Source: the human T2T-CHM13v2.0 reference genome, Homo sapiens. From it: DNA of 64,000 nucleotides. Below the pieces are notes generated by a model. It worked only from the letters and a program-made list of their open reading frames with translations. It ran no database searches and had not been told where the DNA came from. A program made the translations under genes and the position numbers. The stretch's first letter is position 1, and each line of letters starts with the position of its first letter. Where the stretch lies: assembly GCF_009914755.1 (NCBI RefSeq), contig NC_060925.1. One strand, written 5' to 3'. Shown in pieces: positions 13,180-28,229 of this stretch.

Positions 13180-13418
13180 GCGTGGGCTCTTGGGAGCGGG
13201 ACTTCTGCTCAAATCCTGTCCAGGGGCTTGAAAAGGAGGAGAATTGGGGGTGGTTGCCGGGAGGACCAGCACCTCCAGTTACTGGAGGGTTGATAGGGGC
13301 CTTCTCCTTTCCGTCACCCTTTACTAGGGGGTATCCCTTGCAGATAAATGAGATTTTTTGATTTCTTAAAAAGCCAGCTGCAGTGAAGAAGAACTGCTGC
13401 AGGTCGAGGGGAAGAGAG
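13180..13418 (+). other. LRRC8D: Candidate alternative first exon
   Basis: Donor GAG|GTAGGT at 13418/13419 at the island's 3' edge; TATA-like GTATAAT at ~13152; contains uORF MRFFDFLKSQLQ* (13348-13386). Confidence 0.5.
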
Positions 13419-15231
13419 GTAGGTCCTTGCTGGAGAGGGAGAGGTGGGCTGTGAGGTTCCAGGAGCACGCACTTGGGGTGTGTGTGGCCGAAAGTATGGA
13501 GGTAGGGTTGTGGGAAGGAAACAGCCGAGATGAGAGGGAGGGCGCACTCAGGATGTAGGCGGAGAGATGGGGAATAGGTACTGGGGAGTCCTAGCGGAAT
13601 GTGGGGCCCAGCTGGAGCCGCTTGGCTTATATTTGGCTCCTCGTTGCCTCGCAGATTTCCTGCTCTTGGATCTTCAAAAATATTTTTTTGTTGGACAAAG
13701 AAAACTCTGAGGACATATTTTGGAAGAGCTGATTTCTGGAAACTTTCCTTGGCAGCTTTGATAGTAAAATTCCGTACAGGCAGCGTTTATTGAGCACCTA
13801 TTACGTGGTTTGTACCGGACTTTGGAAGAGTCTGGACAGGCAGGGAATCCCCGTTTGCAGTAATGATGAGGGCTGTCTACCTTATAAACAAATAAGGGGC
13901 CCCTCCCAGTGCCAAGAATGAGAGTGATCAGACCTTCCTCGCCATAGCATCTGGGACCTCTGCTTCTTACAGACCTGTGGGAAGAACCCTGCACCATATC
14001 CTGTAAATGGGGTCCTCAGGCAGCATTTATTTTTGCAGTCCAAAAATAGTGACCAAACACCTACTGTCAGCTAGGCGAGAGTTGGGGTTCTTGCTTCATC
14101 TGTCTTGACACCAACTAACTAAATCCCTGTTAAAATCCAAGTGCAAGATGGGGAGGAATCTGAGATGAAAATTAGGTGGTTAAAACAGGGGTCACGAAAA
14201 GTTGATTTGGGGTGTTTGGTCTCTGTAGGTTACTTATGGAGCCCCCCATAAAATGATTAGGTAATCTATGGAGCCAGGGAAAAATTCCAAAATCTTGAAT
14301 TGGCACAGTTTATTTATATATTTGAACACTATGTTAGATTTGTCTCGTTTTTATTGAGAGTGTATGTGTGCGTGTTGATTAAAACCTAACAGATTAGAAG
14401 GTTGGAGAGGAAACTGTCCTTAGATGACCCAGCCTTCCATTACCATGTGGAGTAGCATATGATGCAACACTTAAAGTATTGAGCCATATTCATATCATTT
14501 TCTCCCTGCTGTGTTTTCCAGCATTTAAAAAACATGGTCAAAACTTGGCCCTTTTTTTCTCAAAATCGCTAAAGTTTAATGGAAAGAAAAAAGAAAAAAA
14601 CTAGGCCCCTTTTCCCTTAATTTTTATATTATGCAGCATTTTTAAAAATTAATTTTAGAAAATTCTGATGTGTTTGTCATGTCCAAATAGTTAAATTGTT
14701 TTGGTAGCTATAGTTTGGAAATTAGACTCGATTCTGTTCTCAGTACTGTAGACAAAATAGCTATTAAAGTCAAAAGTTTGTCAAAACTTTGTAATCATGA
14801 TTATTATGTTGTTGAAGTGGTAGCTTGTAAGAGATTTCAGTTATTTTTAATTGGAGCTGGTGTTTGACATTCTAAGAAACACCAGTTAATATTTGTTGAG
14901 TGCCAGCAGGAAGCAGAGAACTGGAGTGGGTGCTGTGGGATCTTAACAAGGCAGGAGAGGATTCTCGTAGTAATCACAGAGAGCAGATAAGACAGGCACA
15001 CATGAGGATGCCAGCAGAAGCAGACAGTTACAGTTGTCTAAGAATCCAGGGTGTGTGGAACCAGATAAAAGTTTATGAAGTATGCTGAGGGAGGAGTGGA
15101 AATCTGAATTGACTTTTGACAGTGGTCAGGGATGTGGAACAGAATATACGACTAATAAAGGAGGGTAGAGGGAACCTAGTTCGTGAAAAACTTAACCACA
15201 AGTCAGTGGTGTTAATCATTTGCCTCAAGAC

Positions 15232-15440
15232 CAGTGGCTCTCAGAAGTAGGCAATTTTGCTTCTCAGCAGACATTGAGGAATGTCGGAGACATTTATGGT
15301 TATCATAGCGAGGTGGCAGGTGCTGCTGTCATCTAGTGGCTAGAGGACAGGGATGATACATAAGCATCCTACTGTGCACAGGACATCAACCCCCTTCCTC
15401 CTAAACAAAGAATGATCCTGTCCAAAATGGCGATAGTGCC
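15232..15440 (+). mobile_element. MER20 (hAT-Charlie)
   Basis: cagtggctctca...gcaattttgc...catctagtggctagaggacagggatg...caaagaatgatcctgtccaaaatg. Confidence 0.85.
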
Positions 15441-17443
15441 TGCCCTTAGATCTCAGAATAGGTCTTGAAGGGAGGTGGTTCTTGACATGGGAGGAGTAAT
15501 AACATTGAGCTTAGGAAGCTGATGTAGGAGACTTGTGCTCAGGTCTGATGTGATTAGGGTCTGGGCAAATCCTTATTGAAAGAAAGGGGCAGTTTGGAGG
15601 GAGATCATAGCAGATGAGCACAGTATGATAGTGGAGTAAGTTGGGAATCATTGAAATCAGAATTGGCATTTTAGAGGGGCCCTATCCAATTTATTTATTT
15701 TAGTAAATTCTTACCCTTTCTAGGTAACTTTTGTTTAACCCCAGGAACCGTGAACTTCTCCTGAAGACAGGTTATTACACCTTTGGACTGTTTGTTGTAT
15801 TTTTACTTGAGCTGAAGACTGTCTCCTTGAATTTTTTTTTCCAATGATTTTCTTCTTTTGGAGCTGCCTACTCTCTTTGAATGCACCAAGACAATATGAT
15901 GTCCCCTTACCCCCAGTTGACTTTGCTAATGCAAACTAGTCCCAATTCTTTTCACAGTCTTTTATTGGGATGTGGTTTCTCGATGTCTTCTCAGTTTATC
16001 GGCATCTCACATGGAGAATCTGGAATTGAATATGTAATTGAGATGTGATCTGGCCAACAGAGAGTACAGTAAGACAGCTGTTTGCTGAGACCTAAGCATA
16101 AATGTCTACTTACTGCACCTTAAGCTTACAACTGCCTATGATTTTCTTAGGCAGTGCCGAGCACAAACTTCTTTATTAGATAATCATGTTTTGGATAGTC
16201 AAAACCCCCAGATATTTGCTCTGTGAGCTGCTGCATCCTGTATTTCTTGGGCAGATTTTTTTGGAGAAGTTTTTTTTGTTGTTGTTGTTCCTTCTCAATG
16301 TTATCCTATTTATTTTGATCCAGTCTTCTAGCCTTTGACATTTTTGAATTTATGTCTTCTAATTATATCAGAGAGGAATGGAGGATGACTTTGTTGAAAA
16401 CTGTAGTCAGTACTATGTAAAACTCAGTAGTTTGGGGGCTCTATTGGTCCTATATGAGAGCTGAGATCACTGAGTGATGGAGGTGAGTTCTAGGGCTAAT
16501 TAGCCCTTATTTTGGGGGCTTCTGAGAAATTTAAATGCCAGGCCACATGGCATTTAGCTCTTGAAATGTTTGCACCTGGGGTACCATTTTGAAATTGTTC
16601 AAGTCTGTTGCAAGCTTCTGAAATCTGAATTCCTTCCTCTGGGTCTTTGTAGTTCTGTTTATGTATCTGGAAGAGAGTTTCTAATGTTTTGTGCAAATCT
16701 GAAGCTTGCAGGGTTAGAGTTGCTTTTGAAATTTGTGAGAAGATAGGATAACTGGCAAAAATCAACTATGGACTTGTTTCCCACTCAGGCTAAGCTTTGT
16801 TTTCTTTTTTGCTAATATGCCTCAAATATTTAGTGACAGCCTTATATTTAGAGAAGGAGAGAGGATTGAGGTTTAGAAGCAAACCTTTTTCTCAGAGCTT
16901 GGCTTTAACTTGCCGTTGATGTAAGTTCATACTTAACTTGAATTTTACAGTCTTCACTACAAAGACATTAGGAAATTACCATTCCCAGATGTCTTCTGAA
17001 GCTGGCAGGTAAGAAATCCCAGGTACCTTAGTGCCAAGTTCTCCAAATACTCTAGATCTATCCAGTGAACTAGATTTAATAAATTACTTGATTTGGGTGG
17101 TAGCTGTCTCACAGTGTTGAAGGAGAGCTAGAGGAAAATTTCAAATCTCATGGCCAAATGTGTGTCACCTCTTTGTGATGAGTGTCCATTGTGCCCCAAT
17201 CCTTTGTTAGTGTGTTGGCTGTCCAGATGGTGCAGTCTACTTGGTTTCCCTTCTTTACCAGTCCACGTGGGCAACCTCTTTATATCCTCTGGAGATGAAG
17301 GATATTCCAATGAAAAGAAGGGATGCCTTTTGAATATTTGAAATTTCTTGAGGGGAAAAGTGTTGCTGTCCTTTTATATTGTCAAAGGCTGTGTCGAAGT
17401 TGGAGTCTTAGAATTAAGGATGCAGTTGTGTCACTTTGAATAG

Positions 17444-17779
<336 letters not shown>

Positions 17780-18296
17780 ACCCTTAAATTTTATAGTTGA
17801 GCGTATCCAGGCACAGGGAGGTGATGTGCTTAGTGTAAGTTTACACATGTAGTGACAGAGTAGGCATTAGAATCTATCTGCCTTAAAGACCACAATAAAG
17901 GCTAAGGATCAGGATTTCTTCTCTGCTTAGAGGTGTGTAAACAGTGGGGTCCCTCGGGTCTTATTTACATAATTGATCTAAAAGAAGGAACACACAGTGG
18001 AATTTCTAGGTTTGCAGATGACAGCTTTTCTGGATTATGAAATGTCTAACCACTGGGTATTTGCTCCAGGGAAACCACACTAGGATGTATTAGTCATCAG
18101 ACGATTTGCAGGTGAGTTTCTTGTGGGCAAATAGGTGGTTGGGTATTAAGGGGAAATTACAGAATTTTCATAGGATGGTGTTTTGTTGGATAAACTCAGG
18201 GAAGGGCTCTGAAAATACCTTCATGTTGTTGTCCTGACTTGCTGTTGCAGAAAAACAAAAACCATGAAATGCTAGGCTTCATCAAAAAGATTTTGG

Positions 18297-18738
<442 letters not shown>

Positions 18739-19127
18739 CTAGAATGTAAGCTTCATGAGGACAGGGTCCTTGCTCATCTGTTTCTTTGATAAAAATATTA
18801 AGATTTCTAGCACCTGGAAAGAGTCATCTGAGAGGAGATGGCATGGAGGCCTATGAAACCACAAGGATAGGGCCATAGGCAGCCTTGATAGTTCACTTTA
18901 TTCTAATAAGCCCAAGCGTGCTATTTTAATTGCCTCCTTGTCTTCCTGCTCCGGTACTCTGTCAGTGTGGTTAGGATAGGGATTTATCTCTCTTGTTCTC
19001 TACTGATTTTCTAGTGCCTTGCACGTGGCAGGCCCTCTATTAGTATTTGTCACCCAGAGGAATGAAAGAAGAGGTATACCTTAAAACTTTACAAGATATA
19101 AATTCAGGATGAATGCCAAGAAATATG

Positions 19128-19305
19128 GTTTTTCTCAACCCTGGCTGGCATCAGAATCAGTCTGGGGAATATTTTTTAAATACATATATTCAGACCCTTC
19201 CCCATGCCTATTGAATCAGAATCTCTGGATATGGAGTTTAGTTTTGAAAACAGCCCTCCCTGCCTCCAGGTAATTCTAATGTGCAGCTCAGCTCAGAACC
19301 ACCAT
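19128..19305 (+). mobile_element. MER5A
   Basis: ttctcaaccctggctg...gaatcagaatctctgg...caggtaattctaatgtgcag...agaaccac. Confidence 0.8.
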
Positions 19306-20479
19306 CTTAGTAGTTGTGCACGAAGGCTGGGTACTGACTGAAGACACCTTCAAATGGGTTTGAAACATTTGTGGCCAGCAAGCCCATCATTGGTTATTAA
19401 GACAAAAGAGAAGCTTTAAGGATATGTCAGTCTTCTTGGAAGGTATAGTGACCCAAACAGCACATGGTCCACCATGGCCCTTGGTGCCTCCATGAGATAG
19501 TGCATCCTGGGCTGGATGGATGATGGGACCAACTCCCAGTCCATCCTTGAGCAGTCATTTCCAGAGTGGGTCCCTGATGACAGTTTCACCAGCCCATGAA
19601 AAAATGAGAAGAGTGAAGACAATGCAACAAGCTTTTCTGTTTCAACTTTAGTGCTAAGTTTATTCAATTATAAGAGTCTGGTTTTTTGTTTTGTTTTTGT
19701 TTTGTTTAATCTTGGGTTGTCCTTCCTACTGGAAGGTTGGCTTGTTTTTTCATTTTATGAAAGGATGATGATGGTTTTTTGGTGTCATTTCTAGGTCCAG
19801 TTTTAAGCTGGCAATTTTGTGATAGTCTTTCTTTTGACATTTTACTGGCCTGTGAAATCAAAAGTCTGGGAACTACCACTCCTCTGAGGTTTTCAAGATG
19901 TCTGTGTCTACCCCTTGACACCTCCTTTTGGGGAACGCTCATAAATATGGTGTTAGGTTCCATTACAAGCATTTTTTTTTTCTTAAAACATTTTTTTCTT
20001 TCCTCTTATGCTTGCTGGTAATAGTTAGGAACATTGCCAGAGAAAGCTTCACTTCCCCAACAATGCATAAATCCCATTGCTACATCTTAGCATCGACAGA
20101 TAGCCAGCACTGCAACGAGTTCTACAGAACAAGGAGAAGAAAGGATGTACAAGAAGACACCTTTTTCTCTGATGGTCATTGGCCGCCAGAAAGCTGTGTC
20201 TCAAAATCTCTCATGCTATAGAGATAGGACAGAACTCTTCAGATTGGGTATTAGATGCCGTCAGTCAAAATTCTCTTCACTGATTGCTTACAACCCAATT
20301 TTAAGAAATACTAGAAAATTAAAATGCTTGGAAAAATGGTCCCCATGGTGCTTGCAATGGCACTCTACTGAGTAGGCTTTTAAAATCAGAGTATTCTCAG
20401 ATATGGCTGCTTTTTTGTTTTCGTATTTAACTTAGCTGGTTAAGAAGTACTTGGACAATGTATGGAACACCTAAAGTTA

Positions 20480-20690
20480 TTAATAATAACAGCTATTAGG
20501 CACTTAATGATTGTCCAAACCTATGCCCTGGAATTTACATGCATTCTCATATAATCCTCAAAACAATTCTGAGTGAAAGATAGACTTATTCCCACTCTAC
20601 GGATGAGGTCATAAGGCTGGAAAGGTTATGTCATTTGCAACAACGTCACATAGAAGTGGCGGAGGTGGAATTTGAAACCAGACTCATTTT
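20480..20690 (-). mobile_element. MIR
   Basis: ctcatataatcctca...ttattcccactctacggatgagg core. Confidence 0.65.
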
Positions 20691-21869
20691 ATACCAGACT
20701 TTTTTATTTTAAACCAGACTTTTTAATATTTTATAATATATACCTATTCTCTTATCTACTGTACCCTTTCTCATTTCTGCACATTTCTTTGTATTTATTT
20801 TATAATACCTAGTAGTATTTCTGTTACATGAAAAAGAGAATCAGGTTTTGAGGTGTAAAGGTACCTGATAACTCCTCTGGTTCGTGCTGCGTGTTTGAAG
20901 AGTAGAGCCATAGCGGCATCCCGGCATTTAGGCTTCCAGGCCAATGCTCTTGTCACCCCAAGTTGGTCTTAGAAGTATGAGCCTGTTGGTAAAACTACTT
21001 GAATGAAAATTTATCCTGGAATTGAGAGGGTAACTTTAAATCACTTAATTATTCTGGTGTTTTCTCTAGCCCTGTTCTCTTTTGTCACCCATATTGATGA
21101 TAGAATGCCACTTGTAAAGTACATCTTAAGCACCCTCCTCCTAGTTAGATCTCAGCCAGAATAACTACTGTACATAAACAAATCATGTAAAGATATACCT
21201 AATATTTGCTAAGGTGTTATGTCTTAGCTGAAAAAACTGCTGTAACAAATGTTTGCTGAATAAATGCCATAAATATATTCAATATAAAAAAACTATATCT
21301 TCAAAGTAAATGAATGAATAAATAAATATCCATGTATCTACATCATATTCATAGGCTGTTTCATTCGTGCCTTTATTTTTTAAATACAAGAAAATTATAC
21401 TTCATTATACTCAAGTATAATCTCTTTGCTGGAGTGAATTTATTCTGTTCAAGTTTTACTTTAACTATTGAATTATTTATCTTAACATTTAGCCAGTAAT
21501 AAAGTACAAATTGGGAACTGGGCTGCAGTTTTATACATCTTGCACAAAACACCCCCTTCCTACAAACACACACACTCAGAGACAGAGAGAGATGCACTTG
21601 TTCTTTAACTTAGCTCTCTTAAGATATTTTTCAATTCCAAAATAGTTTCTCTTTCACCTGTTCTAAATTCTTTTCCTTATAACTTATTTATACCTGCTAA
21701 GTTCTGTACCAAGCAGAAATTAGATCTGTAATTTCTGTGCTAATCAGAGTTGGATACTAGCAGTAGCCTGGGGGTCTTGAGCAAATAGTGTGCCTCAGAG
21801 ATGATTTGTGGCAGCAGGCACTCGCCCTCAGGGTGGGGTCATCAGGAGTGGGAGGCCCATCAGAAGTGG

Positions 21870-22055
21870 GCCTGTTGAGCAGTGCATTGTTGCCGCGTGG
21901 GAATGTGGGCCGGTGTTGCCAGGTCTTCTGATTTTTCACTGTAAGCCAGAAATCTGGATTATTGTGTAAAATCTGATTTTAAAGGTTGGCTAATTCAACA
22001 TTTTAGAACTTCCTGTAAACCAAACAAAATAGCTTTGTGGGCTGGAAACCGCCTC
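21870..22055 (+). mobile_element. hAT-Charlie fragment (MER103-like)
   Basis: gggaatgtgggccggtgttgccaggtcttctgattttt...agccagaaatctggat. Confidence 0.65.
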
Positions 22056-22105
22056 TTTAGGCCCTTAGAGATAGCCCTTTAGTGGCCAGATAAATGGAAG
22101 CATAG

Positions 22106-22462
<357 letters not shown>

Positions 22463-24089
22463 TGACATGAATTGAAACTTGATTTCATCCTTTTCTTTCC
22501 CAACCCCAGACACAAAGCAGAGCAAAGCAAACCGCAAGCCCCGTACTTTAATGATAACAATTTCTGACCTTTAAATGTGGTGTATTACATCTGGAGTGGT
22601 TGCATTTGAACAGGTTGTCTGGCCTGAGGAGGAATAGGTTTAGGGAGAAATAGGTAGAGTATGAATATAAAAGGGGAGAGGACCGGTGGGACACACACAG
22701 AGAGAGAAGGAAGGGTAAGAGCCACTTGGAGTTGAGTAAAGAGATCATCTACCCCAGGAGATAAGGGAAGATTTGTTCATATCTTAAAATTGATTTGGGG
22801 TAAATGGGGAAGAAAGAGAAAGAAAGAAAAAATGTCAATGTTTAGAAATAGTGCAGAATCTATGTTGGCAGGGGGCAAAGAGTGCTATTATTTTGCAATT
22901 CCTAGTGTATCATGTTAATGTGTACGGTGGCTTCTACAAAAGGGGAATTGGAATGAAAAGGAAGGAAAAGAGTTTATGTCAGAAAGAAGACTAGGGAGTG
23001 AGATAAAGAAGAGGGGTCCAGAGAACAGCTGATAGCAAAAAGTAAACCAAGAATGCTGGAAAATGTTTGCATAGGGGAAAGCTGGCTATGTTAGAGTACA
23101 AAGCATCATTTTTTTCCCCCATCCAAACTATGACATTGAGCGGGTATACACAGCAGTCCCTAGGAAAAAGACGGTTTGGAACACCAGCTTGTTTTGCTTT
23201 TGAAGGGCCAGCCTCCAGGGTCCCTTTGTGTGAAGCAGTGTCAGCAGGGCTGCGTCTGCGCTGTCAGGGCACACTGCCGGGAGGATATTGTCTACTGGGT
23301 TTTAGCCCCTCTCCACCATCTGGGTATCTTGGTGCAGGACAGGACCTCAGACCTTTACTGTGACCCCAATAGTGCTCCTGTCTTTAGTTTTATTTGCTTT
23401 TCTGGGGAAAATCTAACATCGTTTGTGTAATTTGTTGTACATACACCCTCTTTGAAAGAGAAGAGAGTAATAATTTGAACAGATTTCTGCTACTAGCAGA
23501 ATCCTAGTCTGAGAGGATTTTTAAAAGCATTTTGCTCTTAATCATCCCAAGTATATAGTACCTTGTTCCTGGAATTTCAGCATTTTCTGTGGGGAGGGGA
23601 ACAACGTCTTTTCATCATCTGCAGGTTTTATTCCAGTCCTGGGGCTATCATCCCTGTGTGATCTGAACTATGTCTTTCTAGACTGGAATAACTTTAAATT
23701 TCTAATACTTTGGTTGCTTTTTAGAATAAATTCATTTTAAAATGTCCCCTTCTATTTGTTACTTTAGTGCAGTAAGGATCTTTATGGATTTCTTTTCCCC
23801 CTTATGGAAACCATTTGTAGTATTGAGAGAATGGGTTCAGGTTTTCTTGCACTGTTGGGAAGAAGAAAAATTCTTCAAATTCCACTGCTCGGCCTTCTAG
23901 GGACTCTACTCTACAGATGGAAATCCTGGAAGATCCTATCAGGAAGTGAAACTTGTAAATAATGTTTGTGCTCGTTTGGGGCATTATGCGTTAACAAGTT
24001 GTACAAGAAGTCTTCTTTAACCTTCTTATAAAATACACTTAAAAAAGAATCCAGTCCTAGTGACGAATCTGGAAATAAGACTAGGAAAC

Positions 24090-24300
24090 ACTTCACCATG
24101 TGCCAGGCACTGTTTGCAGCACTTTACATATATTAGCTCATTTACTTCTGACAACAGCCCCATTTTGTAGCAGAGGAAACCAAGGCTGGCTTCTCTAGTC
24201 TGGCTGCTCCTCCCAATCACCATGAGCAGCCAAGGTCATTACAGGAAGTGGCAGAACTGTGATTTGAACCCAAGCTGCCATGGCTTCAGGATCTGTGCTT
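24090..24300 (-). mobile_element. MIR
   Basis: catgtgccaggcactg...cccattttgtagcagaggaaacc...gatttgaaccca. Confidence 0.75.
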
Positions 24301-25779
24301 TTTAGGACTCCTTCATTGCCCCTTGAACTCTCTCACAACAACGACGAACATAAATTTGCTTTAGAAACTTCTTTTGCCTTCCACATTACCTCAGTCTTAA
24401 AGTCAGCATCAGAGTTTGGTTGAAAAAAGAAATAAAATTATATTCCTTCCCTGATACTGCCTCCCCAAACCAAATGAACAAATGAAATCATGGAGACAGT
24501 TTCCATCTAGGAACAGAAACCTGACTAAAGGATCTTCCTGGAACACCGTACTAAAACGCTGGACTGATCATTACAAAGGCTGTAGTTGGAGCCTTGTTGC
24601 TGTGACAACCCGCATCCTTGGCACCAGACTTGTTTTTAACAGCACAAAACCCATCTTGTTTTACCTTTACCTTTACAACTGGTAGATTTGGTGAGCTTCT
24701 GAGAGCACTTTTTAAATTGCTTTTTGCAACCTATTTGGAGGCAGTGGGAAGGACCTAGGATTTGGAGCTTAAAAGACTTGAGTTCTAATCCCAGCACTCT
24801 CTTTTGTGGACTCGTGTGACCTTGGGTTTCATCTCCTGTAAATGGGGGAGGGGACAGTAACGGCACTAGGATTGGTTTGGTGAGGATAAGAAGCTATTAT
24901 ATATGACAGTATTTTATTCACAATAGCCATGTGTGTCAGGCAGTGAGCTGACCAGCAAGTCCTTTGTGAGTCTTGGAATGCATTTTCCATGGGTGGGTGG
25001 TGAGGTAGGTGGTTGGGGAAGGTTTGTGTTGATCTGAACCCCTTTTCTTTCCTGTTCTCTCCTTACCTGTATTCCAGTGTGAATGATAGTGTGGGTGTCA
25101 ACTCAGTTTTTGGCCCAAATTCCTTTTCCTTGGTTTTCCCCCCTCCTACTTTGGGCTCTCTTCCAGTTTGCCTACAAAGTGCTATTTGTTGCAAGGGTGA
25201 AGCAGGCAATTCTCTGGGCAGCGACACTGTGGCTGCAGGCAGTTGCTGTAGTTCAAAGCAAACAGCCAAGCTAGAGTAGGAGGGACACTGACGGGGTTTG
25301 TTCATTAGAATTTTGAACATTAATTTTTGAAGGAAAGAAAGGGGAGTACAAATAGAATAGGAATAGAAATATTGTGAAATTTTCTTTATAACAGAACAAA
25401 ATTGGGTCAGGAGAAAGGACTTTAAGAAATCACTTAACATTTATCATTACTTTGAAAGCAAATGCCTTTTTTGAGTAAAAGCAAATGCTTTTTGAGCATT
25501 TACTTTGTCTGCAGTGCACTCTAGTGGGGTGGGAAACGAAAGTTAGCACTAAATATTAACAACGGCTATCATGTTAGTGCATTTCAGGTGGTCCACAGTG
25601 GGCCACTTTTCTGTTCTATTCTTATATCAGCCATGAAGGTTGGTGTCATTGGTGTTCCATTTCAAAGATTACAAAACTGAGGCTCAGTGTGTTTAAATAA
25701 CCCACTCAAGGATACAGTGCTAGTAACTAGCAGGGAGAGCTAAACTTCGACCTAGGTCTCTTTCTCATCCACAATATGA

Positions 25780-26290
25780 AAGATGAGTAAGATATGCCCC
25801 TGCTTTGAAGATAAGACCTGCATGTAAACAGTTTAGTATAATTCAGCACAGTTTGCAGTATATGTTGTAATTCTTGTGAGAGCTACATTTTTTGGACATT
25901 TGCTCAGAAGGAGAGACTGATTTTGACTGGAAAGATCAGGGGAGGTCTCACAAGGAAAAATACCTTGAATAGGGCCTTGAAGGATGACAAAGATGGTGAC
26001 AGGTAGAGAATTGATGGGAGAGCTGAGGGAACGTTGGAGCAGCAAAGCATGGAGTTGTAGAAGTACAGAATGTGTTTGGGAAATGCTGCTGGGATGGAGT
26101 GAGGGATGGAGGAGGAAAGGAAGCCAGAGAAGTAGTTTGGGACAGATTACAGAGGGCCTAGAGTGTCCTGCTGAGGAATTTAGACTTCACTTGGTTGCCT
26201 TTGAATAAAGGTTATTCCATTGAAGGTTCTTGAGAAGGGAAATAATTTTGCCTTGATCTCTGCCTTCAGCAATTCTGGTGGTAGCATGGG
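25780..26290 (-). mobile_element. L2 fragment
   Basis: gggccttgaaggatg...cagattacagagggcctagagtg...gaggaatttagactt. Confidence 0.65.
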
Positions 26291-26455
26291 CTTTCGCCAG
26301 CTAGGCTGCATCTAAGGATCACTTGGGAGTTTCCTAAATGTGCAGATTCCAGGAGCACCCCTCCACCCCCATGATTTCAGTGGTTCACATCTTGGGTAGG
26401 GCCTGGGAAAGTGTGTTTTGAAGGCTCTGCAGGTGGTTCTGAGGGCAGCCTGGTG
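26290..26455. mobile_element. MER5-like DNA transposon
   Basis: ggctgcatctaaggatcacttggg...gcagattccagg...gggcctggg...caggtggttctgag. Confidence 0.65.
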
Positions 26456-26839
26456 AGGGAAGGGTTCTAGAGGGCATTGGGGCATTCTAGAGAAAGGTCT
26501 GAGCTGAAGCTAATTTTGAGTTTGTCCCTGTATGGATGATTTTTTAAACCATGGGAGGGGGCCAGTCATCAAACTTTGTGGAAGTTCTGTCTGTGTAGGT
26601 TCTATGGTTTGCTTTTTGTCCTCTGTAAGTATTAAACAGTAATCTCTCAGAGCATTGTCATTTGGCTGAAGTTTTTCACATGTATTTCCTGTTCAAATCT
26701 AGAATGTGGGATGGCTCTAATCCTTATGCCCCTGTGCTAGATTTCTCCTTTTTTGTTGCTGTTTCTTTTAGAAGGCAGAGGAATATATGGGATTTTATTG
26801 TGGGCTGTACCTGTCTTCAATGACAATCTCTTGGAGAGC

Positions 26840-27050
26840 ATGAGCTCTGTAGTTTACTGCCTGGGTTTTTACTCTGCCTTTCTAGCCATGGGAACATGGG
26901 AAAGTTACTTAACTTACTATAAAATGAAGATACAATAATATTTACCTCCTAGGGTTAGTTGTGAGGATGGTTTATATAAAATGCTTAGAACAGTTCCTGG
27001 CACATAGTTAACACTCACGTGTTAGCTGCTGTTGCTGTTATTATTGTCAT
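26840..27050 (+). mobile_element. MIR
   Basis: aagttacttaac...taaaatgaagatacaataatatttacctcctagggtt...cctggcacatag. Confidence 0.8.
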
Positions 27051-28229
27051 TAATTCTGCAGATACCCAAAGGTATTCCTTGCCTGCATTGCTCGCATATT
27101 GAGGGCTTCACCTTAAAAAATAACTGTACAAATTATGATTGAGAGTAGTAAGGGTGACATATTAGAAAGTTTTAATTATTCAGTGACCCTCTTTCCTTTC
27201 AGAGCCTTTTATTTTCTAGAAACATATGCTTTCCTCCCATGAACAAGCCTGCTAGGACATACTTAAAACCCATATCTGGTCAAGAATCTCTTCCTGCATA
27301 TTGGCTACAGAGCTAATAGTGCAGTTCTTCAGTCTCTTAGGAGCTACATGAAATGATGCTCACTTTTACATTTCCTAGGACCCAGCCTGAATATAGGTCA
27401 TTTTTTTTTCAAATGTTTCAGAGCTCTCTTACTCTCATTTGTTAGTTCTAAATCAACTGCTAACATTTAAAATACAATTTTTGCTGGGAGGACAGATAGT
27501 TCTACCAAGGGATAAGCTATTTCTCAACATTAAAGAAATTAGAAATTATAATTTATGCTTAAAAAAATAATGTTAGTTCAAGTTTTAGCTTGCTTCTCTC
27601 TGCCTTCTCTACTGTTCTTTGTCCTGCCATGTGTTTGCAAACCATTCTCATGACCTTCTGCCTGTGCGGCATATTTGTAGTGGGGCCAGATTGTACATAC
27701 GCCACTGACATTTTCATCTGACCTCCTAAACTCAGCCTTTGAGCCCCTTCTTTTCTTTGGGTTTTCCTAACGAAGTCTTGTTGAAAGGAATATTATTTCC
27801 CATGGAACTTTACTGATAGTGTATGGAATAATACGATCATGCTCTGTGAAGTTCAGACCTGAAGTCTTAACATTTTAAACATGTATCTATTTGCTATTGC
27901 TTACTTAGTTCAGTCTTGGCATTTTAGGTTTAGAGGTGGTTACTACCCATTGGACATCCATAGCCACTCCCTGCAAATTAAAGGGGACACAAAAATGAAA
28001 CTGAACTTCTGTTTTTCTTCACCTCTCTGCTAATTTAACTAAGTCAATTGGCTCGCCCTCATTTGCCCTCTTCACACCTCCCAAATTAATGTTATGTGCA
28101 AATTTGATTAAAACAGCGTGAGTAATTTCCAAGTTACTTTTGAATACGGATTGAATTCCGTTCCTTGTGGCTTTTTCTTCATCATACTAGTAGATGTAGC
28201 CAGTGTTTTTGTTTCTAGCCTGCTTAACT

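Larger units (their letters stand above)
11850..13300. promoter_or_regulatory. LRRC8D: CpG island / main promoter
   Basis: Very high GC and CpG density. GC box GGCCCGCCCC next to an inverted CCAAT (ATTGG) at ~12163-12178; E-boxes at 12148 and 12288. Confidence 0.92.

Noticed and set aside
12290-13468. 392-aa minus-strand ORF and other long ORFs in the first CpG island
   Set aside because: Mostly non-ATG starts and Pro/Ala/Gly/Arg-rich; expected from stop-codon scarcity in GC-rich DNA
20677-20722. Three spaced ACCAGACT copies (CRISPR-like at a glance); similar short duplications at 36445-36485, 40770-40805 and 49835-49895
   Set aside because: Short degenerate slippage repeats with T-rich non-unique spacers; eukaryotic context and no cas genes
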